A DNA stretch of 64,000 bases from Nemertoderma westbladi (Eukaryota; Animalia; Xenacoelomorpha): contig JAUCBJ010001497.1 of NCBI GenBank assembly GCA_032718475.1, positions 385-64,384 on the forward strand, given 5' to 3'. Below are positions 11,391-23,411 of the stretch, one piece after another. The notes under the pieces are model-generated. The model saw only the letters and a program-made list of their open reading frames with translations. It did no database searches and was not told the DNA's origin. Both the position numbers and the translations under genes were made by a program. How positions within the stretch are numbered: the first letter of the stretch is position 1; each line of letters begins with the position of its first letter.

Positions 11391-12095
11391 ATGGCTGACA
11401 ATTTTGATAATGTTAAAGATGATATATTGTCGTTATTCGCAGTAATAAAAACAAAGAAATATGTAACCTGTGACCAAGAGACCCAGCTGAGTGAACTATT
11501 AAGCGCTTTGACCTCGCTACACTCGAGGTCTCGAGATGATTTCACCGCAACTCTGGCAAATCTCGCCGAATCACGGAAAGAAACGGCGGATGCGCGAAAA
11601 GAAACTGTGGCCGCAAAGGACGAGCTCTTGAAGTTCCTGCAACTCGGCCCATCTACCATGGCTACTCCAGGACCCGGACCCGGCAGGTCAACATACAGTG
11701 CAGTCGTGCAAAGAAACCCGGTTCCAGATCCACACTCACCGCCGTCGAATAACGGACCATACGCCACGGATACGGACCGCAACTTCCGTCGCCCCGCCCC
11801 GGCGATACAAGGTTGCAGAGCTGGTGGTCCACTTCGTGTTGCCAAAGGAAACCCAGTCCAAGCCGTCGGGAAGGCGCATGTTCATATCGGCCGACTAGAC
11901 CCATCGACAAAAAGCAAGGAAGTTGCTGACTTTCTTCAATCCCAAGGAATCCCTTTCGACGACGTAACTCCACTACCGCTTAAAGATGGTAACTCACCTT
12001 ATCTAAGTTTCCATATCACATGCGATCAACAACATCGCGACACCCTAATGGACCCTGGATTGTGGGAAACGGGTCTCACAATCCGGAACTACTGA
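11391..12095 (+). CDS. LINE ORF1 protein (coiled coil plus C-terminal RRM-like domain)
   Basis: 234 aa. C-terminus HIGRLDPST...SFHITC...LMDPGLWETGLTIRNY is typical of LINE ORF1. The frame stays open after the TGA until a TAG at 12204. Confidence 0.8.
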   Translation: MADNFDNVKDDILSLFAVIKTKKYVTCDQETQLSELLSALTSLHSRSRDDFTATLANLAESRKETADARKETVAAKDELLKFLQLGPSTMATPGPGPGRSTYSAVVQRNPVPDPHSPPSNNGPYATDTDRNFRRPAPAIQGCRAGGPLRVAKGNPVQAVGKAHVHIGRLDPSTKSKEVADFLQSQGIPFDDVTPLPLKDGNSPYLSFHITCDQQHRDTLMDPGLWETGLTIRNY

Positions 12096-12206
12096 CTCAC
12101 GAACGCCGAACGCGAGGCACTCAGTCTACGTCGGCGCCCCGAACGCGAATTCGCTGGTGGAACCTCCAGCAGCTCACAGCAATACTCAACAAATACCGGT
12201 AACTAG

Positions 12207-15007
12207 GACAGGAGCACGGAGGTACAACTACTTCTATGGAATGTGGAAGGTCTCCGCTATTTAGTAGACAATTTATCTGAATCTGAATTATATGGTAAGG
12301 CCAATGTCGTGTTATTTACTGAAACTATGTACACGGACAAAGCATTTTATTCTAACTCGTATTACTCTTTTACTCACCCTGCGACAAAGTTAAACAGACG
12401 GCGCCCTATTGGCGGCCTTATGACTCTGTGCAGGCCGCACCTCAACCCTTCCTGTGTGAAACAAACAAATAAATACATTGTTATCAAAACCTTGGTATCC
12501 TTCTTTATTGTTTTCTATTTTACCCCCGAAACCCCACTGGATGAAATACTTATGGAAATAACTGAAGCACTGTCTTATACCAAAAACACAACCCCTATTG
12601 TTATAGCGGGAGATTTTAATTGCAGACTAGACCACGGATCTCGTGGTTCCGATTTAGTTGACGATCTGACCAACATCGGGTTTAGCTGTCTCAGCTCCCC
12701 GGATATCCCGACGTACATATCACCGCAAGGTGAAAGTGTAATCGATTTAATATTCGTGAGTTACCCAGCAATTGTTCCTACGTTGCTACCGCCTACAATA
12801 ATCTTGTCAAATCCCATAAGGAAACACCAGCCGGTGACCGTTAAGTTTGTTTTCCCTGCCGATATTCATGATTCAAAATTACCGAACCCCATTCCTCGTC
12901 TGTCGAGGCAGATCGATCGTAACGCATTTATATCGCACCACAATATTCCAATGGTTAGGCTACTTCTATCTAACAACGAAATAGATGCAGCTACAGACCT
13001 ACTGACTCTATCAATTGCAGACTCCACACCATCCACTCGCAAACCCCGCTATGGAAAACCGTGGTATGACTCGGAGTGCAAGACTCTAAAGAAACAGTTA
13101 ATTCACTGTATGTCTCGTCGTAATCTCTCGGCAATGGACTGCTCGCAGTTTTGGAATATCCGCAAAAGCTACAAGTCGCTCCTCAAACGGAAACGAGTTG
13201 CCTACGAGGAAGCTACACTGGCAGAATTGGTCAGCGACTCCGAAGTTAAACCATGGTTAATCACCAAGGATCACAAACGGACTATTGCACCAATAGACTC
13301 AGATACACTCGAGACACATTTCCGCAACCTTCTTGGTGTTAGAGTAGATCCCCCCAATGTTCTACCAGTTCCAATCCCTTCGTTGGATGAACTTGAGGGG
13401 GAGGAATGGTACAATGCGCCGATTACGGAAGAGGAAATATCCGCCAGTATAAACGACTCCAAGAATAACAAAGCTTCGGGTGTAGATGGAATATTCTACG
13501 ATCATCTCAAGTTAACCAAACCATTTATAATAACAATTCTCTGTCTATTATACAATGCCTGTCTCGATATCGGTAAACTACCGCAAATCTGGAAACAGTG
13601 TATAATAATGATCATCTATAAAGAAAGGGGCATTCTCAAACCCAGATAATTATCGCGGCATTGCACTCATCTCCGTGTTACTGAAAACTCTCACTTCAAT
13701 CGTAAACAAACGCGTCCGATGCTTTACGTCTCACCGGATACCTAGGGAACAATACGGTTTCATGCCAAACAGATCTACATTACAGGCACTAAACGCACTT
13801 ATATCCGATATCAATTTGGCTTTGCAATCCAATCTGTCATCACAACGGAAAATGTATGTCGCTTTTGTTGACTTTAGAAAGGCATTCGACTTTGTCAACA
13901 GAGCTGTTTTATTAAATAAGATATATGGATTCGGGATTAAAGGAAAATTATTTGTTCTGATAAAAGATTTACTCCAAAATTACATTCAGGTGTACGACGG
14001 CCTTTGTCTATCGAACCTAATCGAGCAACTCCGCGGAATTCTGCAGGGCGACTGCTTCTCTCCTCCATGTTTTAATTTCTTTATCGCCGACCTAGCTATA
14101 GCACTACGACAAGGATGTGCGATTCTAAAGTTTCTATTTTTTGCTGACGATCTCGCTTTCTACTCTTCCGATAGGAATGAAATACAACGCGGCCTAGACA
14201 TTCTCCTCGACTGGTGTACTCGTAACGGAATGGAAGTCAACCTCGACAAAACTAAAATTTTAAAATTCCGCAAAGGGGGTCGTCTCGCTACTACCGACAC
14301 TTTTAGCTACAATGGAAATAGCGTCACCATCTGTAACAATTACGAATACCTAGGACTCACGCTTCAGCCATCACTTTGTTTCTCGCAGCACATTAAAAAA
14401 GAAGAAGAAAAAAGTTTATGCAACAATAGGGTCTATAAAGAATCTCAAGCTATTGTCCGTTGACGCAGGTTTAAAACTATTTAAATTAAAAATTGCACCA
14501 ATGGCTTTGTATGCTCTACCCGTCTACTCTCGCTTTCTAACGATATCAAATTTAAAAGATCTAGACAGAATAAAATCGACATACATAAAGCGACTTCTAG
14601 GGCTACATATAAGTGCTTCGTCCACAATGGTGCTACACCTCGTAAACGAAAATTCGCTTATTGACGACATACTTCTAAAAGCTCCAAATCTATTCGCCCG
14701 CGACCTGATTGATCAATATAATGCATTTCGAACAAATCGCGAACTCAATTTCGTTACTGAGAATTATTTACTCGGTCCTGCGTTCAATTCATTTACCTGG
14801 CGACTATCCAATCAGAAGAACTGTCATGTGGTCACGAGAGCCACGTGTCACGGGTTTCACCACAAAATATGCACGAACTCACAGCCTTTCCACACACTAT
14901 CAACCGATTGTATTTGCCGATTTTGCCTTCTTCCCTGCCCAGACCGTTACCACGCCTTCTCTTGCGCCCAATGCCCCACAATGGCTGATCTCGCAACAAA
15001 ACTCTAA
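12207..15007 (+). pseudogene. LINE ORF2 (APE endonuclease, RT, Cys/His-rich C-terminus) with two frameshifts
   Basis: LLWNVEG, AGDFN, IDLIF, KHQPV (APE); QYGFMPNRST, FVDFRKAFD, GILQGD, FADD (RT); GFHHKIC...CICRFC...YH..C. Frameshifts near 13620 and 14400 fall in A-rich runs. Confidence 0.9.
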
Positions 15008-15840
15008 CATGCTAGCCCGCTCAGGCCACACCATAAGTAGTATATTGTCCCACTCGTGCTCCTAAGTAATCAATTAATACCAATGGTGATGGGTAATAAT
15101 TGCAATTCAATTATATTAATGTGCTAATAAATATATAATTAATATAATTGGTTACCTCGTTGGAGGTGTAAAGTGAAAAAAAAAATAAAAAAATAAAATT
15201 CGCATCAATTGGAACTAAATTCGTTTTCGTTTTTCTCTAATTATTGGAACCAAGTTCAAATTGGAACTAAATTCGCCAAAATTGGAACTAAATTCGCTTG
15301 CATTGGAACTAAATTCGCTTCCATTGGAACTAAATTCGCTTGCATTGGAACTAAGTTCGCATCCATTGGAACTAAATTCGTTTCCATTGGAACTAAATTC
15401 GCTTGCATTGGAACTAAGTTCGCATTCATTGGAACTAAATTCGCATCCATTGGAACTAAATTCGCTTGCATTGGAACTAAGTTCGCATCCATTGGAACTA
15501 AATTCGCATCAATTGGAACTAAATTCGCATCCATTGGAACTAAATTCGCATCAATTGGAACTAAATTCGCATGCATTGGAACTAAATTCGTTTTCGTTTT
15601 TCTCTAATTATTGGAACAAAGTTCAAATTGGAACTAAATTCGCCAAAATTGGAACTAAATTCGTTTCCATTGGAACTAAATTCGTTTTCATTGGAACTAA
15701 ATTCGCATGAGGCTTAAGTTGGAACTAAGTACGGGGAATCTTACAACATTGGTATATACAGTAGAAAGTGGAGCTTACTCAGAAGGTTTTACAACTTCCT
15801 AGAAATTATTTTTCATATATTTATATATTTACTTAAACCA

Positions 15841-16463
15841 GGAGATGATGATTGGACGTTTCTCAAACCAAATAAATTTCTCAGTACTACAATTGTAGAC
15901 TCATTCCTATCAATCTTACAGAGGAACCATAATAATGTGGCCTGTATCGACTCGGCTTTCTGCGAGAAGCTACAAAGTCCATCCTTTGATATAGCGAGTG
16001 CTATTAGTTATATCACCTGCCGTTGTGACGTCACAAAAACACCGCTTATATTATTCCCGGAGTGTAGCAGTGGACACTTTATTCTACATGTTGCTTGCTT
16101 AGAAAATCTCAACGTATACTCACATTGGACAGTCTATCAACTACAAGAGTCACACCTAATACAACCATAATATGTGATCTGCAAAACCTTATCTTCAAAG
16201 TGATTAAAGGGGAAGACAACACATGGTCCATTTCCAAGACACTCAGACCGTTCGCAGGGCAAACACCAGATTATGTGGATTGTGGAGCATTTGTGTGCCT
16301 TTATGGACTGTCACTAGCAAGGGGGGATAGATATCTTATCCCTGAACATAAAAATAGTTTTCAACTGCAGGAATGGCTAACTGCATGTCTGTCAGAAATT
16401 AAATTAGTTGTCCCAATCGCATCGAGTCCATATAAAAAACGCAGGGAATATGTCAACCTTTAG
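15841..16463 (+). pseudogene. Ulp1/SENP-like C48 cysteine protease domain, frameshifted
   Basis: LKPNKFLSTTIVDSFLSIL...VACIDSAF...LILFP...GHFILHV, then after a frameshift LTLDSL...QTPDYVDCGAFVC. This gives the His-Asp-Gln/Cys catalytic motifs in Ulp1 order. Confidence 0.75.
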
Positions 16464-17719
16464 CACAACCGATATTGATCTTCGTGCAGCTATCGAAAAT
16501 CCTCGGAAAATTGCAATTAAATTGATATCAACTAACGATAATGGCCAAATGACGCAACTCAGAGATGGTTTATTTGAGGATATTAAAGAACTCTTAACAC
16601 CCATACAGGTATTAACTCTCCATCTGAGACTTAGGAATGCTTCCTTTGAGATGGCTACCGATATTTATGTACTTGCATATTTTAAATTTAATGGAATGGG
16701 ACAGCTGCCTAAAGAGACTGCGTAAGGACAATAATAAAGTGAACACTCCAGTAACCTTGGAATCTTTTAGAATGGAAATGATCAATGCTGTAACCCTACT
16801 ACAAACTCGACTCTGTAAGATGGAAAATGAGAATGCCATTATAAATGAACATAACGATAAACTATCTGAGGATCTACAACACGAACGACACGCGCGACTG
16901 GTAATAGAAGTCTCACTGCAAGAAGTAAAAACAACACTTAGAAGCATATCCCTTAGCCACCGGGCTTGTCATCATAGCAATCCAAACAGCAATAATATCC
17001 CCAACAAGTTGTCTGGGAATATTATAACCAGGGCAAGCAATGACAACAGCAACGATCATTTATTGGAAATCCGATCGGATAGTAACATTGATATGGAAAG
17101 CATGGTGGTAATCGACTCAGTTGGACCAGACCAGACCAGACCAGTTGGTCCTTGCGTGGAATTTAATAATGGCTTCAATATCATCAACACCTTGAATGCA
17201 ATGAATACGAACAAGTATTCCAAGCAACACTCAAAGAACAAGCAATCAACAATAAAAGTAGGCCTACTAGCAAGGCAAATTATAAAAAGGAGGATGCATC
17301 CTACAGTAGGATAACTAGAAACAATATCTATAGCGTTCTGATTGATGCTGACGACACAACAACTAACGAATCCCCACAACAAAGTGCCTCACCGCAATAT
17401 CACCATACTATATCAGCCCCATCGGTCCCAATTGCATCTCAGAAGGCTATACAGACCAACAATTGTAAGATAACACATACCAGCACCCCCCCTAATGGCT
17501 AGAGAGCCAAACAATGCAGGTATTAATATATTAAACAATAATACGTATATGGAATCATCTAGATCTGAGGACGCGTTTCTACAAGGAATCCTTTGAAGAG
17601 GATATAGAGGAATACTTAGCATCAAGAGGGATTCACGCCTATAAAGTCACAACAAGGCTGAATGCCAGGCGAGATGGGAAATACATGAAGGTTATTCTTA
17701 AACCAGCGGACAAATACAG

Positions 17720-20700
17720 TCGTATATTTGTAGTAGGCCTAGCCTATCAATCTCAGTTCCGATTTTATATCCGATAGCCTCATTGACCCTCCATCTGTAG
17801 ATAAACCATCTTTTTTAACAACCTCATGTCACCCAACGGGATTTCTAGGGTCCACCACTGGTCCCAGGCAGACACATCTGCAGACACACTCTCAATCTGC
17901 TCCAACAGAACCACATCAAGCCAATCTACCCCGTTCCTTATGCGGCCCGTGCAGCAGGCAGTGCCTCACCAAAAGCAACGGTGGCCTCCGTAAACACAAG
18001 GCCCTGGATGGCTCCCATTGTCCTGGATCCGGTTCTCTACCACTACCCCTTCAGCAGGTGGTCAGCCCCACCTCCAACCAAACTCCTGTCTCAGGGCCTT
18101 CCTGCGAGCCACCCAACCCAGCCCTGAAACAAAGACCTTGTGAGGCACCCAGGTTCAATTATGCTGCACATTTGACAAACCTGTTCATAACTCTCTCTAA
18201 GATTAAAACCCTGACCGCATCCCGCATGGCGCCTGCACATCCGCCGCATCAGCCTACACCCACCTATGCACTTCTGTGACCCAGGACAATTCTGTAAAAA
18301 AATGGATCAACCTACTCGCCTTCCCCTATTGTCTCCGTGTCCCATCTTGCAATACCCGGATAAGACGCTGTAACAAATCCAACCACCCCAGCCGTGTTGA
18401 AAAGTCACTTACCTCTAAGGTCAAAGACCAAATCTCTGACTACCTCGATCTAGCCCTTGGCACCCCACCCATTGCCCTCCCCACCCCTCCTAGACGATGC
18501 CCACTCAAGACGGATTCCCAAGCAATCCATGATGAGCACTTAGGCAATCTCATATCCTCCAAAATAGAAGAAGGTAATGTCAAGGCCGCCGCCCGCCTGG
18601 CCCCCTCGGCCACCTCTATTGCACCCGCAACTCCCAAAACACTCCAGGCCCTCCTTTCACTTCACCCTCCAGCCGTTCCAGTTGATGTCCTAGATATCCC
18701 TCTCATCGAGATCTCCCTTCCAGAGATCATGAAATCTATCCGATCTTTTCCAAACGGTTCTGCCGCCAGCCCTGACAAACTTCGTCCTCAATTCCTTAAG
18801 GACTTTTGCTCCCACCAATCCAGCGATGCCGCCATGGGAGCTCTGAAAGGCATCACCAGCTTATCCAACCAACTAATCAAAGGATTAGCTCCAGAAGCCA
18901 TCCTCCCTTTTCTGTATGGGGCCCGACTATGTGCCTTTACCAAAGTCAACGGCGGAATCCGTCCCATCGCAGTAGGTTGCACCCTTCGACGTCTATCTGC
19001 TAAGACTGGGTGCCACCAATCTTCTAAGAACTCCCAACTCAAACTTGCCCCCCACCAACTAGGCCATGGAATACCCCATGGCTGAGAGGCCACTGTTCAT
19101 GCATCCTGGAGATTTCTTCAGAAGTCCGTTGAGCCAACCATCATGGTCAAAATTGACTTCAAAAACGCCTTCAACAGCGTTCATCGCGGGCCCATCCTCC
19201 ATTCAATCCTGCAGAACCTTCCACCCCTGTACCCCATCGCTTTCCAGGCTTACTCACAACCCACCCACCTCTTCTATGAGGACACAACCATTTCTTTGGA
19301 GGTTGGAGTCCAACAGGGTGACCCTCTAGGCAACCTTTTCTTCAGCTCTGACACCCACGAAATTGTTGAAAGTGTCGAAACTCCCCTCAATGTCTGGTTC
19401 TTAGACGATGGGTCCCTTGGAGGGACCCCCTCCGTTGTTGCCTCTAACCTTGAATCTGTGATCTCCAAAGCTGCTAATCTCGGCCTCCAGATTAAAGCAT
19501 CGAAATGTGAGTTGATTTTTTCCACCAACTTTCCACCCAATCTGAAACTTGAGACTGGCGCCATATTCGATGCGATCACTCCCAGACTCAAATGTATCGA
19601 CCTCGTCGATGCCTCCCTTCTGGGTGCTCCGCTCGGTGAACCAGCTATGGAGTCCATTCTCCAAAACAAAGCATCCAAACTGGTAACTTTCACCAATCGC
19701 CTCCAACTGCTTTCCTCTCATGACGCTTTATACCTGCTCCGCCACTGTTTCGCAATCCCCTAATGTATATCCTGCATTGCTCCCCTTGCTTCCTTGCCCC
19801 ATCTCTATCCGACTTCGACTCTTCAATTAGAGCTGCACTTGAGTCAATGCTGAATATTCGGCTCGATGACTCTTCCTGGTCTCAAGCCTCTCTCCCCATC
19901 GCTTCAGGTGGGCTTGGCATGCGTAGCACGAGGGACGTCTCACTGCCGGCCTTCTTGGCCTCTGTCTTCAAGATGCGGTCCCCTGCTTCGTGCCCTTCTG
20001 CCCCCCTCTATCTCCAACTCGACTAACCCGCCCATCTCAAAGGCCCTATCGCTCCTATCTTCTGGCACCGACACACCTCCCAACCCATCTTTCCAAATGG
20101 CCTGGCATGATCCCCTGTGCTCCAAAACCTATGACTCCCTCCTAGCTTCTGCCAACACCCCAAAGCGAAGGCCCGACTCATATCCTCTAAGGCTAAACAC
20201 TCAGGTGATTGACTCCAGGTGCTCCCCATCGCTTCCCTGGGGCTCCGTCTTAGCGACGACCAGGTCCGGATCGGCACAGCCATCTGTCTCGTCGTGCCAG
20301 TCTGTGCCGAGCATTCTTGTCGAGGCTGTGATGCTGTAGTCGACACAAGCGGGACTCATGGTCTCAGCTGCCTCCACAACTATGGTAAATACTCCCGGCA
20401 CGCTGAGGCCGACGATGTGATCCACCGCGCCCTGACATCTGCCAGTATATCATCCACCCTCAAGCCCCACGACCTCTGCAAGGATGGCCGGAAATCAGAC
20501 GGTATGTCTGTTGCCCCTTGGCACCAAGGACGTAGCCTCATTTGGGACTTCACCTGCTGGGATACCTTAGCCCAATCCTATCTCCCGATTACATCGATAA
20601 CCGAAGGAGGTGCTGCCGCAGCGGCTGAGGCAACCAAAGCTGCAAAATATGCCGACCTGGCTCACAACTATCACTTTGTGACGGTTGCCTCCGAAACCCT

Positions 20701-23218
20701 CGGCCCAATCGGTGATGAGGGCACCGTTCTCCTCAATGAGATCGGTCGCCGAATCGCCCGCGCCACCGGGGAACCAAGGTCCATCTTCCTGTTCCAGCGG
20801 CTATCGATTGCCATCACCCGTGGGAATGCCAGCGCCATCATAGGGACCCTCCCCACCCAAGCTAGCCTCGATGAAGTGTACCTACTTCGCTAGACCTGTT
20901 ATGACAGATTACAGAATGTGTTACGAACAAACTACCCGGCCTAACCAATAAAGACACAAAACTGCTCTATTTACTAGACAGGGCAATCAGGAGTGTATAA
21001 TTGCTAATGTAGGGCTGCTAAATACAAAACCGCTACTTACCGTTGGATGGCGCTAATCTGCCGTCCGCTAATATATTTCCTAATTTTCTACGGCTCCTGC
21101 TAATTTCTCGTTCCTTTCTCTACCAATTACTCGATAGAGAGCTAACTGTTCGAATATATGAGCCACGCGGGAATAACCAAAACAATAAACCCGAATCGGC
21201 TCCCTAAGCTGACTTAAGACGAGTGTGAGAGATTTGACACTCAGAGTGTATTTCTATGGCCTAATTTTACTGTAAAATGCGTTTACAACTACGTCCTCTC
21301 TAATCTAATCTAATCGCATCTAATCGCAATACTGGGGTTCCCTAACGGAATGTGTGAATGTGAGATATTTAAAATAATCAAAAATCGATGCAGCGTTTAT
21401 TTCGGGACTCAACTTATCTGCGGCTGGCTTTAGACCAGCAATTTACTGATGCGCGCTGTATACTGTATACTACGATGTGAATTTTGTCCACTAATTCAAA
21501 TAACCGCCCAGCGTGAATAGTGTACGGTACTCTAAAATTATTACCTTAACTACCCTCCGCTATGCTGCGTACAAATTCTTAATTTTACTAAATAATTACA
21601 GTCACAAATATGTAACGGCGTACTAATTACTAAGTATTCCAGAGTACGTAATTCTAAATTATTACGCAACGGGTTACACTAGCAACAGCCTAAAATACCG
21701 TATTATTTTCGACCTAATCAGAAATTAATTACAGTAAACTAAGAAATAGAAATCAATCAAAGGGAAAAGAGCGCCTATTCAAGCATTCGTGATTTATTAG
21801 GCACACTTTAATAACACACCAATCAGAGTATCAATCTATAGTTTATACTTACCAATTTAGTTCTTAACGCACAATTCACAATCAGCAGTCAGATAGCAAT
21901 CGCAACTCGCAATGTAAAGCACGCAGATCTCTCCCGGCTACGTCTAGGCTTCCTAACTAACCCAATTCCTGTCCCCCTAATACTACAAAATAGAGACAAA
22001 ATCTGGATCATCAGCCCCTAATTACTGAACCGGCGTACCTGACCCACTCTACGCTGCAAACATGCACACGCAATAGTAATCCCCCCAATGTTGCTTGTCT
22101 TTGAATCCTCCGCACTCCCATCGTCGCTAACCCCCCAATGCGCCCGCCGCGCTTACCGGTACCCTAGCCCTCCATCAGAATGAATAGCTACCGTAGCGGC
22201 ACATGCAAATCACAAAGTCTGACAGTCTAAGAAATCCCGTAGGATTATTGTCGAAAGGAATCACATAGAACCATTTACTAAAGGGTAGAAATCATAGTTC
22301 CAATTTGTAATTAACAGTGATCGTTAAGATTGATTGAGAAACACAAACAAGAATCAAACAGAAATTGCAAATTAGCGAATCATTGCAAGAAAATCAAAAG
22401 GGCAGTAATTTACACAGAAAAACTAAGCATCGAATAATAGTTGAACAGGAATAAGGTGAAGGTGAGCTGTGTGGGGTGTGGTTGTGGAAGGTAGGTAACA
22501 ATGGAAGTACGCCAATTTATAGGTGATTTGAGAAGGGTGATGCAGTCGATCTCTCATTGGCTCCCCAATCCGAGCTACCATTAGACCAACCTGGAAGCAG
22601 TTAGGCCAATAAGAGAGCCGGATTGTGAACCTATTGCTCCCTGAAATCGCAAATTGCCACCATAAAAGGTAATTTTCCCGATGCTTAATTTGGCGGTACT
22701 AATAATATCATGCACAAATATTAATTTAGCGCAATTATAGAGAAATTAAAACCAGTAGCTAGCATCATCAAGGCTAATAACGGCAAGCCCATATCCAGGG
22801 TCCAACAAGGACTTGCTACCCTGGAACTATCTACTTATATCCTATTACAAAATTACATAGGTAGGGCTACATACTATACAAAATGGATGAGTCAAAATAT
22901 ATGGGCGTTTCAATTTCCTTACCTAAATATCATTGCGCGTTATGCCTTATCTAAATAATTATACTGCATCACGGACTAATATATGATACTATATAATGGA
23001 CTAATATATTATACTGTATGATGGACTAATATATGTACAGTATAACGGACTAATATATTTCATAATGTAGGTACAGCGCCATATACCGTAACAGAATGGA
23101 TCTAGTTTCCTGTCACTTCTGGCTCTAACTCTAGTTACGTTACCAGTTACCCATTAATGTTGTGCTAATTATTTCTTATTAATGTGTTGTACTATTTGTA
23201 ATTAAATTATTGGTAAAA
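17720..23218 (+). mobile_element. CRE-like (RLE-type) non-LTR retrotransposon, frameshifted; coding region ~17826-20893
   Basis: N-terminal zinc-finger-like CGPC...HK; GGIRPIAVGCTLRRL, KIDFKNAFN, GVQQGDPLG, FLDDG (RT); ASLPIASGGLG; CRGC..H...C..RH..SDG..WDFT..E..KY..ETLG..QRLSIAITRGNA (restriction-like endonuclease). 3' UTR resumes after the solo LTR and ends in an AT-rich tract and AAAA at 23215-23218. Confidence 0.85.
20919..23093. mobile_element. Solo LTR or non-coding LTR-type insertion (2175 bp)
   Basis: Termini TGTTACG...CGTAACA (7-bp perfect inverted repeat, TG..CA) and 5-bp TSD GAATG at 20914-20918 and 23094-23098. No ORF >60 aa. Confidence 0.8.
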
Positions 23219-23411
23219 CTACAACCAGGTTTTTGGCCCAAACATCTAATCTGTGAAGGATGGAGAGACAATTCGATTCGATTGTCGCTGACTCGTTTTC
23301 TAGTAGACCGAGTAGAATTCTAATGAGGAACAACTACAAACAGCGGGTTTAACACTGGAGATCATAGTGGACCAGGTACCTCGGGAATTAAGGATAACCA
23401 GGATAGGATAA

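Larger units (their letters stand above)
11340..15195 (+). mobile_element. Full-length two-ORF APE-type non-LTR retrotransposon inserted in the 21-bp satellite
   Basis: ORF1 and ORF2, AATAAA near 15126, A-rich tail 15176-15195, and TSD-like AAATTCGCATC at 11329-11339 and 15196-15206. Confidence 0.92.
8500..15730 (+). repeat. 21-bp satellite (ATTGGAACTAAATTCGCATCC) with a 367-bp higher-order unit; present as blocks 8500-8616, 10604-11339 and 15196-15730, separated by two insertions
   Basis: Direct reading. A spacer TTTT(C/A)GTTTTTCTCTAATTATTGGAAC(A/C)AAGTTCAAA occurs at ~10686, 11053, 15224 and 15591 (367-bp spacing within each block). Confidence 0.92.

Noticed and set aside
6482-15710. ORFs with LELNS / ANLVPM / IGTKFA repeats
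   Set aside because: Translations of the stop-free 21-bp satellite in several frames and on both strands.
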